Origin: Escherichia phage 1-6af
Sequence record: OR983333.1
Direction: 5' to 3' (one strand)
DNA: 64,000 bases
The notes below the pieces were generated by a model. That model was given only the letters and a program-made list of their open reading frames with translations, made no database searches and was not told the DNA's origin. Made by a program: the position numbers and the translations under genes. Shown here one piece after another: positions 30,891 to 40,116 of this stretch (positions are counted from its first letter, which is position 1; every line of letters starts with the position of its first letter).

Positions 30891-31296
30891 TATTGTATAG
30901 CTGATAAAGTTATTGCAGGCTTGTATATTGGGCAATTCACAGAATCCCTTGCAAGTACCGAAGGGCAGGAGCCACCTGCGAGATAAAAATAGAGAATTAA
31001 GGAATCCTTGATTTAGGTTGTAGGGACTCCTAGGGACTTTGATTCTCTATTTAAAAGAATATTAATTACTTATTACCTAAATAATTAACTAACTTACTTA
31101 AACCAAATTCAAGAACAATAGATAAAAAGATTATTCCTAAGAAAGCTAAAAAGTAAAGGATATAAGTTACCATTCAAGTAAACCTTTAAAGTTAGATTGT
31201 TCTACTATCCTCTGATAGTGAAGATTAGAATCAGCTTGTTTCTTTAACATCTCATTATATTGATCTCTGATAGAGTCTTTATAAACTACAGGTTCT

Positions 31297-31800
31297 TTAA
31301 ATAATGAGATCTTGTTCTTTTCTTCTTTCATCGAAAACCTTCCTAATCTCTTGCAGAGAAACAGCTTTATAATTAATTTGCTCCATTGATGTACAGAAAT
31401 ATCTCCAATCATCAATTACATGATTATGGGTATGAGCATAAATATTAAACTTCCCTCTCATTTCATCAGTGTGAATAGGAATATGAGTTACCCAAAACTC
31501 TTTATATTTATAATCACCAGAGATTCTACGGAAGACTTTCATCATATCAGGGAGAAGTTCTAACCTGTCATGGTTCCCTAAGACTAGATGCTTCTCTCCT
31601 TTTACTTCAGCGATGATATCAAGGGCATACTTTTCAAACACCCAATCACCGGTAAAGAATATTTTGTCTCGCTTAGTTACATGATCAAATGCAGCTAGAA
31701 TTGCTTTGTCATGTTCTTCGATGGTTTTAAATTGCTTACGAAAACTACAGATGTTGCGATGACCTAAGTGACCATCTCCTGCAAAATAAACTTCAGCCAT
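31297..31800 (-). CDS. calcineurin-like metallophosphoesterase
   Basis: GDGHLGH, GDW, GNHD, HTH motif series. Confidence 0.6.
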   Translation of the reverse strand: MAEVYFAGDGHLGHRNICSFRKQFKTIEEHDKAILAAFDHVTKRDKIFFTGDWVFEKYALDIIAEVKGEKHLVLGNHDRLELLPDMMKVFRRISGDYKYKEFWVTHIPIHTDEMRGKFNIYAHTHNHVIDDWRYFCTSMEQINYKAVSLQEIRKVFDERRKEQDLII

Positions 31801-31809
31801 AAAGACCTC

Positions 31810-32025
31810 TTAGATAGTACACCCATCACAAGTTAAGTCACCTAGCAGGGATAGGGAAAGTAATCTGGATTGCTCATCACTATATAGTTGATCAATCTCT
31901 TCTTTAAGTTTTGCCAACTCAATGAAATTGATAAGTTGACCATGTTCGAGACAGTCTGTTTTTAGTATAAATAAAACTTCAGCGTCTGTTGAATCTTCAC
32001 TTGAATATTTATCAATGTATTCCAT
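31810..32025 (-). CDS. hypothetical protein (71 aa)
   Basis: ORF in leftward operon. Confidence 0.3.
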   Translation of the reverse strand: MEYIDKYSSEDSTDAEVLFILKTDCLEHGQLINFIELAKLKEEIDQLYSDEQSRLLSLSLLGDLTCDGCTI

Positions 32026-32180
32026 TTTTACTCCTATTAATTATGACCAAGATTTAGCTTTTACTTCGACGTATGTTTTAACTTCACCTTTCAAGACTTC
32101 CTGAGAAGCAATTGCACTTTCCTCAGAGTGATGTACAACGGTGATCTCTTTCTTTCCAATCTTATAAGTGTGAATCCAAA

Positions 32181-32381
32181 TCATACTTCTTCCTCATATT
32201 CCCAATTTCTTTCATAATATCCAGAGTTGTAGTTTAGGGCGCACTTCTCAGCCTCTTCTATGTCGTCAGTGTTTAGGATATTTACCCACCCTCCAACTTC
32301 ATCAAAACCTTCTTCTTCTTCGTTAAACCATACACTATACTTTTTCATCGAGAAGTTCTTCCCCAATCTTTTACATAGCAT
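32181..32381 (-). CDS. hypothetical protein (66 aa)
   Basis: ORF in leftward operon. Confidence 0.3.
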   Translation of the reverse strand: MLCKRLGKNFSMKKYSVWFNEEEEGFDEVGGWVNILNTDDIEEAEKCALNYNSGYYERNWEYEEEV

Positions 32382-32517
32382 CGACCGTTAACCCACTTTG
32401 TCTCTGACTTAAACTCTTGAGACAATCTCACTTCACAGTCTTCTCTACTGGCATCTCCTCCGATATCAATCAGATACAGGAATAGAGCTATACCTAAAGC
32501 CCAAAGAATTATCTTCT

Positions 32518-32910
32518 TCATCGAATCACCAAAGGCTCTTCAGAGTACACAGGAGCGGCTATTTCTACAGGAGGTGCTGCCCTAAGGTCATTAAGTCTTA
32601 CACCCTTCAGCATCCCATCTAGGTGGTCCTTTTGGGGGATTCCAACAGGGAAGTCGTCAATCCAGATATCTACAAAGAAACCTAGCTGCCGACATACCTC
32701 ATCCTTCTGTACACCATTGCAAAAGATGATAGGAATTTGCAAACACTCTGCATCAATCTTAATGTCGTGATTATCATACCCATTAGGCTCTGCAAAGCGA
32801 TAAGTTACAAAACGTACATCATAACCTTTGGCTTGCATTAATGCCACCACAGAGCGCCACAGCTTTTTATCTGAGGTGTAAGTGTCATCGTAATCTAAAC
32901 CAATATTCAT
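32518..32910 (-). CDS. HAD-superfamily phosphatase-like protein
   Basis: N-terminal IGLDYDDT (DxDxT) motif. Confidence 0.4.
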   Translation of the reverse strand: MNIGLDYDDTYTSDKKLWRSVVALMQAKGYDVRFVTYRFAEPNGYDNHDIKIDAECLQIPIIFCNGVQKDEVCRQLGFFVDIWIDDFPVGIPQKDHLDGMLKGVRLNDLRAAPPVEIAAPVYSEEPLVIR

Positions 32911-32920
32911 ATCTAAATCC

Positions 32921-32950
32921 TTTAGACAAGAAAAGCCGCCCGAAGGCAGC
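32921..32950 (-). terminator. rho-independent terminator (minus strand)
   Basis: gctgcc-ttcg-ggcggc hairpin plus U-run on minus strand; same hairpin sequence as capsid terminator. Confidence 0.6.
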
Positions 32951-32957
32951 TTCTTAT

Positions 32958-33155
32958 TTAACTGTTCACTTTAGCTTCAAGTGTTTCATTTTCAATACTC
33001 AAGTCAATCACTACACCAGTAAGCTCAACGACTGCTTGGCGAAGGGCATCTTTACCCATAGAGTGTACTTGAGATAAGAAGAAAGCTTTACCTTCTTCAG
33101 TGGATATGGTTTCTTTCAGTTCAGTTGCAGTCATTCTTTTTCTCTCTCTTTCCAT
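32958..33155 (-). CDS. hypothetical protein (65 aa)
   Basis: ORF in leftward operon. Confidence 0.3.
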   Translation of the reverse strand: MERERKRMTATELKETISTEEGKAFFLSQVHSMGKDALRQAVVELTGVVIDLSIENETLEAKVNS

Positions 33156-33311
33156 AATTCAGCCAGTTCTAAATAATATTGTGCTTCATCAGCACGTCCT
33201 TGTTCACTACAGATGGCGCTTTGACGATAACACCAATCCGATGGCATCTCTTCCACTTCAATCTCCTTGTTACGAACCAATCAATAAGAATAGTTCATTC
33301 GTCTTATTTAT

Positions 33312-33503
33312 TCACTCTGCCAATGCAGGTATCTCTAATCTCTTAATTGTGAATGCTTTGTCTGGAAACTTTCGAACTAGCTCCGCTGCTTTGCTAATTG
33401 CTAAGTTCTCTGTTTCAAAGATACAGAATTGACTATTCAGCGCGGTAATAGTGGAGCCACCACTGAAGATGGCCCAAGATTTATAATAATCACGAACACT
33501 CAT
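33312..33503 (-). CDS. hypothetical protein (63 aa)
   Basis: ORF immediately downstream of polymerase exon 2. Confidence 0.3.
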   Translation of the reverse strand: MSVRDYYKSWAIFSGGSTITALNSQFCIFETENLAISKAAELVRKFPDKAFTIKRLEIPALAE

Positions 33504-33511
33504 AACCCACC

Positions 33512-33664
33512 TTAGTGCGTATGCATCCAGTTAAGTCCAATCTGACAATCAGATGCCAGAGGACATTCCATGTTCAAGTACTCACCAGCTTTCTTAACGC
33601 AAAGCTCAGTGTGCTCTTTGAGTTTCTGTACATCGTTACGATTAACTGAGAACTGGCCCTCATC
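33512..33664 (-). CDS. DNA polymerase (family A, T7 gp5-like) exon 2: DEGQF...GLNWMHTH
   Basis: Encodes the D-E of the HDE motif and a T7-like C-terminus (..NW...H); preceded by in-frame TAA; not in ORF track (<60 aa). Confidence 0.6.
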   Translation of the reverse strand, partial: DEGQFSVNRNDVQKLKEHTELCVKKAGEYLNMECPLASDCQIGLNWMHTH

Positions 33665-34271
33665 CATTTATGTTATTCCCAAATTACTTCGGGTATCGGA
33701 CTATATCATAACAGCATAGCTAATTTGCTGTTGTTGGCGCTTCGAGGGTTTCCCTGTTAACCCCCTACTCCCGCAGGATAGTCTCTACACTTTCCACTTT
33801 CGAATCCATCTACAAGCGATTCCAAAGCTCACACCAAACCTTTCTGCAAGAGCAACACCAGTGCATTCATTGTTAAGCCAGAACTCTTTAGCAGCATTCT
33901 GTCTTTCTCTGTTTCTGCCAGTGTTTGACTCGATAGCATGTGCACTACCTTCTAAGATTTCTAGATGGTCAGTATTGCAACAAGCTCTATTCTTGCATTT
34001 ATGGTTAACTTCATAACCGTCAGGGATGTTTCCAAATTTCTCTTCCATGACGTATCTGTGATACATGACCCATTTGCCATTTATCATTTTTCGAAAGTAA
34101 CCATCTTTATTTAGTTTGTGTGAGATAGGGATGATACATCCTGTGCTAGTTGTTTCTAGCACTAGATCTTTCTTAGCCATATCACCTCCTAATAGCTTAG
34201 CTCGGTATTGCCCTCAACTTAATGGTCGGGTTTCACCGAGTTCACCAACTTTTACATGCACAATGAAGTTT
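33665..34271 (-). mobile_element. putative group I intron in DNA polymerase gene
   Basis: 607 nt splitting the catalytic motif MH|DE; exon 1 ends in U, intron ends in G; contains HNH ORF. Confidence 0.5.
33785..34180 (-). CDS. intron-encoded HNH endonuclease
   Basis: VNHKCKNRACCNTDHLE zinc-HNH motif; lies within the polymerase gene interruption. Confidence 0.75.
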   Translation of the reverse strand: MAKKDLVLETTSTGCIIPISHKLNKDGYFRKMINGKWVMYHRYVMEEKFGNIPDGYEVNHKCKNRACCNTDHLEILEGSAHAIESNTGRNRERQNAAKEFWLNNECTGVALAERFGVSFGIACRWIRKWKV

Positions 34272-35963
34272 ATGCATATCAATTACCTTAGCACAACGAA
34301 CCCCATCCCTCTCAATCCACTTGTTAAGGAACATCATAGCATATTTCATAACAACAGCACCAGCACATTGCAGGAGTGTGTTAAGGGCTTTATGAACCAT
34401 AACTTTACCAGTGGCATCTCGTCTCATTGTAATCTTACGACCATCAACACCAATCAAGTATCCTTGAGCAGCCTTTTCTGTCATACGATCAATGAGGATT
34501 GCAATACATGGGTTCTCTGCCAAGAAACGTGCTCGCATCACTGAACCTTCGTCAGCCCCACCACCTACAATTGAACCAAGCTTAGCATCGCCAGCACCGT
34601 AGTTGAATGCATAGATAAACGTTTTAGCGTTGTCACGAGTAGGAAGACCAGCAAGTTTCTGGTTGTGGGAGTGGATATCACCTTCAAGGAGAATATCACG
34701 ATACATAATAGCAGAAGCTAAACCACGTTCTGCCAGAGCTTTCTTAGCTGGGTTGTTCTCTTCAATTGCCTCAGCAAGCATATCCCTACACTCTTTAATG
34801 AGGTAGTGAGCGAGCATACGAAGTTCAAGCCCAGAACCATCATACCCTAAGAATACTTCTTTACCAGCGGGTATGTAATATTTGTAAGCACCTACAGGTT
34901 TGTCTTTCTTCCCCGGTTTACCTTTCTCATAAATTACGTTAGTACCTTTTCGTATATAACAACCATCAGGAACAACGTTAGTAATAACGAAAGGACGAGA
35001 ATGATCACTGTCTGAGTTATAGTCAGACTCAAACAAACTGCGACACTCGTGACCAAACAAACCACGGGAGGGAATATTAACCACGATACGATGTTTGAAT
35101 CGAAAAGTCGGCGTAGCGCAGCTGTTAGCTTCTGCCGAAAGTTTACCATCTTCGCGTTCCTTTGCTATGAGTCCACTGATAAGACCTAGCCTGTGAGCCG
35201 CTACAACGCGTCTCTTAAGCAAACTTCCGACACTCCCTAGCTCACCCCCTAACCCTTCTTCAAGAGTCTCCTCGAGGTTTGTAGGAGCTGTAGGCCACTT
35301 GTTTGAAGTGGCTAGTGCTTTCTTAATCTCATCAAACGTTACAGGATTACGTCGATTCGGGTTTAATCCCAAACCAAACACGTAAGCCTTCATATAGTTC
35401 TTAGTTTTAAACCTAAAATGCTTTTCTAAGAACTTCTTAATATCAGCGTCAACCATCTCGGCTGTCTGCTTCTGCTTAGCATTTCCTCGCATCCAAGCAG
35501 TATACCATGCTTGGTATGTTCCATACTTTCTCATATCTTTCTTAATTTCGAAAGTATTCCAAGGCTTCTTAGATACGTTAAACTCTGGAGGAAGAAAGCC
35601 CTCATCCATAAGAGCTTCTTTAACTCGTGCATCTTTCGATGGGTCAAAGTCTACGTATTCGACACAGGTGAAAGCTCCACCAATGTCTTCTCTCTTCAGC
35701 CCAACTCTATCACAATAGGCTTGAGGCCACTTCTGCAAAGCTCCAGACTTCTTAAACGGCTTCATATAAGTAGAGCCATCTAATCTCATCTTAGGTAAGA
35801 GAGGAATCAACTCTCTGTCAATATTAACAATAATCTCTTTAAGGAGGTGAACATACCACCGAGCATTTCTTCGGTTGAAACTCACTCCGTGCTTTGCTTG
35901 CTTAGAGATTATATCAGCGACAGTCATCTCTGTCAAAAATGGAAGAGCGTCCGGGTTGCTCAC
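34272..35963 (-). CDS. DNA polymerase polymerase-domain (T7 gp5-like) exon 1
   Basis: DGSGLELR, GDIHSHN, LPTRDNAKTFIY, YGAGD, ALNTLLQCAG blocks match the T7 DNA polymerase palm/fingers. Confidence 0.8.
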
Positions 35964-35979
35964 TTTATACTCCTTTAAA

Positions 35980-36402
35980 TTATTGGTAAAGTAAATCTGT
36001 AAATGCTTGGTTATCTTCTACTACATTCAACATGGTGGCTTCATCACTATAAGCCCTAACCGTCCCGTTGACAACTGTCCAAGGAGGAGGTGGAGGTGGT
36101 GCATGGTTAGCCCTAGCTTCACGAGGTTGCTCTCGTACTAAATGAGCCACAACCCTTTGGTTAGCGACTTCTTCTCTTTCTCGGATAGCTCTTTGGATGT
36201 AAGCCAGCTTCATACCCCAAGCTTCTTCAAACTCTTGAGGGTGTTTATCACTGATAACCACATATTGACGTTCAGGAATACCAGATCGAATCTCCGATAA
36301 TAATTCATGGAACAGATCTAGTTCGTGCTCAGTGAGATTCATTTCGATATCATCCCACTTAAGAACTAAGAAACGGTTTTGGTGTCTAGCTGGTAATGGC
36401 AT
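35980..36402 (-). CDS. hypothetical protein (140 aa, poly-Pro segment)
   Basis: ORF; PPPPPPW tract. Confidence 0.35.
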   Translation of the reverse strand: MPLPARHQNRFLVLKWDDIEMNLTEHELDLFHELLSEIRSGIPERQYVVISDKHPQEFEEAWGMKLAYIQRAIREREEVANQRVVAHLVREQPREARANHAPPPPPPWTVVNGTVRAYSDEATMLNVVEDNQAFTDLLYQ

Positions 36403-36405
36403 AAC

Positions 36406-36681
36406 TCAACCTTTTGGGAATGGCATTAAAGATTCCATAGCAGATTTAATTTCGTTATTGATTCGTGAGTCACGATAAGAGATAAACTTACCTTTGCTAT
36501 CACGTAACATCACATTAGTTCTGGCTGTTAAATGAGGGAGTAATGTAATACTGGTTGGGATAGTATCAATCCCTACAGAACATCTGTCAATAGTTTTGCT
36601 TTCAGTTAACAAATAAGACCAAGTCTGCTCTGGATGGTTGGGGTATGTGTCTCGAATCTGTACCATAGCTAACTTATTCAT
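36406..36681 (-). CDS. hypothetical protein, PFPKG-tail family (paralogue A)
   Basis: C-terminus RTNVMLRDSKGKFISY...PFPKG shared with adjacent gene. Confidence 0.4.
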   Translation of the reverse strand: MNKLAMVQIRDTYPNHPEQTWSYLLTESKTIDRCSVGIDTIPTSITLLPHLTARTNVMLRDSKGKFISYRDSRINNEIKSAMESLMPFPKG

Positions 36682-36682
36682 G

Positions 36683-36940
36683 TTAAACTCCTTTAGGGAA
36701 TGGGATGAGGTTTTCTACTGCAACACGATATTCTTTCTCTACATCTTTATTCTTATAAGAAATGAATTTCCCATCAGCCCCACGGAGGATTACATTAGTA
36801 CGAGCTGTTTTTGGATTATGACCAATCTGGTTTGCAATTAGGCTGATGTTGTGTTTGACATCATGGTTATTAGTGAATTTCCACTTAGCCAGACGGTTAG
36901 TCCAAACATCAATGATAGTTACGGTTTTTACAATAGACAT
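36683..36940 (-). CDS. hypothetical protein, PFPKG-tail family (paralogue B)
   Basis: C-terminus RTNVILRGADGKFISY...PFPKG. Confidence 0.4.
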   Translation of the reverse strand: MSIVKTVTIIDVWTNRLAKWKFTNNHDVKHNISLIANQIGHNPKTARTNVILRGADGKFISYKNKDVEKEYRVAVENLIPFPKGV

Positions 36941-36965
36941 AATTATTACCTAAGAAGTTTAATTT

Positions 36966-37003
36966 GGTTTATATAAAAGAAAAGGCCACCCAAGTGGGCA
37001 GCC
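36966..37003 (-). terminator. rho-independent terminator (minus strand)
   Basis: ggctgccc-actt-gggtggcc hairpin plus U-rich tract on minus strand. Confidence 0.5.
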
Positions 37004-37021
37004 TATTGTACTAGAACTGGA

Positions 37022-37207
37022 TTACTCTTCGATGACATTTAATAACAACTTCTGACGGACAACTCTTCTCACATATCTATGCTCTTTTTTAATACCGAGA
37101 GCACGCTGTCGAACTGAACGCCTGTTTTTGTATTTGTCACACGGATATTTGTCATGACCGGGGCAGCAATTTCCAGGGTTGATAAAATTGATAATTTCTC
37201 TCTTCAT
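37022..37207 (-). CDS. hypothetical small basic protein (61 aa)
   Basis: ORF between two terminator hairpins. Confidence 0.3.
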   Translation of the reverse strand: MKREIINFINPGNCCPGHDKYPCDKYKNRRSVRQRALGIKKEHRYVRRVVRQKLLLNVIEE

Positions 37208-37214
37208 CTAATTG

Positions 37215-37248
37215 CCCTTTAATGAAAAGGCCACCCATTTGGGTAGCC
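37215..37248 (-). terminator. rho-independent terminator (minus strand)
   Basis: ggctaccc-aaat-gggtggcc hairpin plus U-run on minus strand. Confidence 0.5.
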
Positions 37249-37253
37249 TCATG

Positions 37254-37571
37254 TTATGATGAGCTTAAAGCTCCTTTGCGTGCTCCAGCTGCTTTTCCAG
37301 CTCGATCACCACTTTTGCCGCCGTTTGAACGGTTTGAGCTGACTGATTCAACACGTAAGTTGCTTGACGCATTAGAACCTCCAGACTTGACAGCTCGTTT
37401 GTGTCCAACGTCTTTACCTCTGACAGCAGCTTTTCCATCGCGCTTTTCAACGATGCGACGTGCACGGTGGCGCTGAGCATCTCCGCTCTTGCTCCCAATT
37501 CCCGTTTCACCGCGCTTGATCGCAGTCCTTCTTTCTTGTGCATAATCTCTTTTTCCTACATGATCTGCCAT
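37254..37571 (-). CDS. highly basic Gly/Ser/Arg/Lys-rich protein (105 aa)
   Basis: Perfect RBS aggaga 6 nt before ATG 37571; overlaps two other open frames. Confidence 0.4.
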   Translation of the reverse strand: MADHVGKRDYAQERRTAIKRGETGIGSKSGDAQRHRARRIVEKRDGKAAVRGKDVGHKRAVKSGGSNASSNLRVESVSSNRSNGGKSGDRAGKAAGARKGALSSS

Positions 37572-37900
37572 TAGATTTCTCCTGATTCTCTTTGATTAAA
37601 GGTGTGGATGGCGTGGCAATTAGCACACAATATCCTGCACTTCCTCATCTCTTCTTTTACTTGAGATAAAGATCTGGTGTGCCCTTTGGAGAGTTCGAAT
37701 GACTTAGTTAATGGATTTAAATGATCAAACTGAAGAGCAGATGCGTGGCCCTTAAAGCCACACTCAGAGCATCCATAGAATGTTTTAACTCTACGAATAA
37801 AAGCTAGTTGCCTAACTCTTCTTCTCTCGTTATCTGCCTTTCTCTTATCTCTATTTCCTGGGTCGGCCCATCTACACGAGTCATTGCAAAACCTCTGCAT
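37571..37900 (-). CDS. HNH endonuclease
   Basis: CSECGF...QFDHLNP...CANCH motif. Confidence 0.6.
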   Translation of the reverse strand: MQRFCNDSCRWADPGNRDKRKADNERRRVRQLAFIRRVKTFYGCSECGFKGHASALQFDHLNPLTKSFELSKGHTRSLSQVKEEMRKCRILCANCHAIHTFNQRESGEI

Positions 37901-38194
37901 TATATACTTCGTTACAAATGGTACCTTACAGGTTTCACATTCCTTGTGGTAGGTTGCTATTTGGACCTCCTACTCAGTGTAAATAAAACCCTCTTCTATC
38001 ATTGACTTTTGAGTACTAATCACTCCACCCTCCCGGTGGTTCAAAATTTTCTTGAACATCCAGAACCTCTACATCATCACTCAGGTAGGTACTCTTGCCA
38101 AAACCTAAAAGCCAGCGAGCTTTATCAATATCTTTATAAAAATTAAGAGCTGCACTACCATCATAACACTCACGAACTATAATACCGATTTTCA

Positions 38195-38935
38195 TTAACT
38201 GTTTACCTTTTCCATTGCTTTAACAATCGCCTTACAGAAACCAGAACGAACAATATCATCTGACTCACCGTCTACAATCTCAGCGAACTCATACAGATCA
38301 TGTTCATCAATAAAATTAGTAGCCCAAGTTAGGCCACTCTCACGACCACGCATATCATGCTGGTTAGTATCACCCATGCAGAACAGCTGAGAGGTTTCTC
38401 CCAATCGAGTCATGATTGAGAAGGCTTCATCTTTAGTGGTGTTCTGGAACTCATCAACAATAACAATAGCATCATTGAAAGAACGACCACGGAGATATTC
38501 CAGAGGTACAAATTCAATGTTACCATTTCCGATTTGGCATTCATAGAATCCCTTACCGTATCGCTGAGTAATAACATCAATGATAGGCATCAGGTAGGGT
38601 TCAAACTTCTCGCGCATTCCTCCCGGAAGTAACCCAAGAGAGTTACCCATGCCGACCGAAGGGCGACTCAGAATGATCTTCTGAATCTTACCGCTTTTCA
38701 GTGCATCAATAACCGTGGAAGTGATTACAAAGGTCTTACCACAGCCCGCAGGAGCATCTGTGAACACAACTTGTTTAGTCTTGATAGCATTGAGTAGCTC
38801 AGACTGAAACTGGTTCTGAGGGACTACAGGCTTTGCTAAAACCACCTCTTCATACTCTCGCTTACCTTTACGAGTAACAAGTGCTTCTCGACGAAGGTCT
38901 TTCCGTGATTCTTTCCGTGATTGACGACGACTCAT
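38195..38935 (-). CDS. phoH: PhoH-like ATPase
   Basis: Walker A DAPAGCGKT and VIVDEFQN Walker B in PhoH-like arrangement. Confidence 0.75.
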   Translation of the reverse strand: MSRRQSRKESRKDLRREALVTRKGKREYEEVVLAKPVVPQNQFQSELLNAIKTKQVVFTDAPAGCGKTFVITSTVIDALKSGKIQKIILSRPSVGMGNSLGLLPGGMREKFEPYLMPIIDVITQRYGKGFYECQIGNGNIEFVPLEYLRGRSFNDAIVIVDEFQNTTKDEAFSIMTRLGETSQLFCMGDTNQHDMRGRESGLTWATNFIDEHDLYEFAEIVDGESDDIVRSGFCKAIVKAMEKVNS

Positions 38936-39117
38936 TTACGCTCTCCAATTTCTTCGTAATGACACTCAGTAGTTAAGCAGTCTTTACAGATTGCTGTATA
39001 AACCCTGACGTTAGTAAATCGTTTGTTCTTCCCTTTGGTTGGAGAGCCTTTGGCAAGCTCTCTGATAACCTTGTTACTTAAATGAAGGTTTGTTCCTTCA
39101 CATTTAGAGCACTTCAT
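38932..39117 (-). CDS. zinc-ribbon small protein
   Basis: CSKCEG...CKDC pairs of Cys. Confidence 0.4.
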   Translation of the reverse strand: MKCSKCEGTNLHLSNKVIRELAKGSPTKGKNKRFTNVRVYTAICKDCLTTECHYEEIGERK

Positions 39118-39125
39118 TGTTTACC

Positions 39126-39371
39126 TCAGAAATTATAAGGGTCATAATCAAGAGAATCAAACCCATAATCTGAGCTATTAAGGTATCGGCGCTTTAATCC
39201 GAAATCTTCGTAGTGAGGTTTTCCAGGAACAGTTTTGCCTTTGGTTATGTTCGTTACTTGACTAGAAGAGAAAAGGTGAACCCCTTCAGAAGTCCTAGCA
39301 GAAGATTTTTCTCCTTTCTTAACCACTTTTCCTTTTTTGGCCCATCCTTCGAATGTTCTATATTGCATCAA
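39126..39371 (-). CDS. hypothetical protein (81 aa)
   Basis: ORF in leftward operon. Confidence 0.3.
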   Translation of the reverse strand: MMQYRTFEGWAKKGKVVKKGEKSSARTSEGVHLFSSSQVTNITKGKTVPGKPHYEDFGLKRRYLNSSDYGFDSLDYDPYNF

Positions 39372-39377
39372 AACTCC

Positions 39378-39578
39378 TTACCACAATGTCCATTCAGTAA
39401 GGGACCACAGAGAGTCCCCTATGTGGGTGTTGTCATGTCGGATGAGATCTTTGATTTTATCAACATCAGTCAAGTGAGTTACATTCAAGATATCCTCAAC
39501 ATCTGGAACATGTTTGAATATGGCAACAATGTTATTACCATCATCAGAAAACTCCTCAAGCACATAAACTACACTCAT
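39378..39578 (-). CDS. hypothetical acidic protein (66 aa)
   Basis: ORF in leftward operon. Confidence 0.3.
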   Translation of the reverse strand: MSVVYVLEEFSDDGNNIVAIFKHVPDVEDILNVTHLTDVDKIKDLIRHDNTHIGDSLWSLTEWTLW

Positions 39579-39898
39579 GCGACATTAGCCTCTTTATGAA
39601 GTCTATAAATAGCTGTCGCCATGCAAGCAACAGCCTCGTTGTGTGGGAGGTGCATCCCTGTAGAACCATCCCAATCTTTGAACTCACTGTCAAAGACTCC
39701 GGTAGGCTCTGGATACAGAGCTTGCAGCTCCACTAGATCGTTAGCAACTTGTTGCCATTTATCGTCAGACCAGATAGGGTCATCCAACCAGTAATACAAA
39801 TAGGAATGGATGATCAATTGCCTTCTGTGCCGATTAATTACTTCAGCGGGACTTATCTCACTTCCATTTGAAGTCCTAAATGTATTACTGTCAATCAT
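39575..39898 (-). CDS. hypothetical protein; weak resemblance to NAD-dependent DNA ligase N-terminal Ia domain
   Basis: HSYLYY..DDP.WSD...W..L...L..LYPE pattern; tentative. Confidence 0.25.
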   Translation of the reverse strand: MIDSNTFRTSNGSEISPAEVINRHRRQLIIHSYLYYWLDDPIWSDDKWQQVANDLVELQALYPEPTGVFDSEFKDWDGSTGMHLPHNEAVACMATAIYRLHKEANVA

Positions 39899-40101
39899 TA
39901 CGAAAATTCCCGTTCTGTTAAAGAGTGCTGAACTTCATTATCCGGAGACCAAACCTTTTCTCCATTTACCAATTTCTTAGCATCTTCATCTGAAGCACAA
40001 TCTAAAGCAGGATTATCAGGTGTTGGCTTCTTTGGAAATCTTTTCCAAGTCCAAAAATATCCGTCATCGTCTTGGCAACCAAGAGTCCACAAAGTTTTCA
40101 T
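39898..40101 (-). CDS. hypothetical protein (67 aa)
   Basis: ORF in leftward operon. Confidence 0.3.
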   Translation of the reverse strand: MKTLWTLGCQDDDGYFWTWKRFPKKPTPDNPALDCASDEDAKKLVNGEKVWSPDNEVQHSLTEREFS

Positions 40102-40116
40102 TTCACAACCTTAAAT

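Noticed and set aside
33312-33503. 63-aa ORF as the missing C-terminal piece of the DNA polymerase
   Set aside because: It has no HDE or T7-like C-terminal motifs; the true continuation is the unlisted frame at 33512..33664.
37265-37543. 92-aa helical ORF overlapping the basic protein gene in another frame, as an independent gene
   Set aside because: Not annotated as a feature because frame a has the stronger RBS; kept as a dual-coding possibility in findings.
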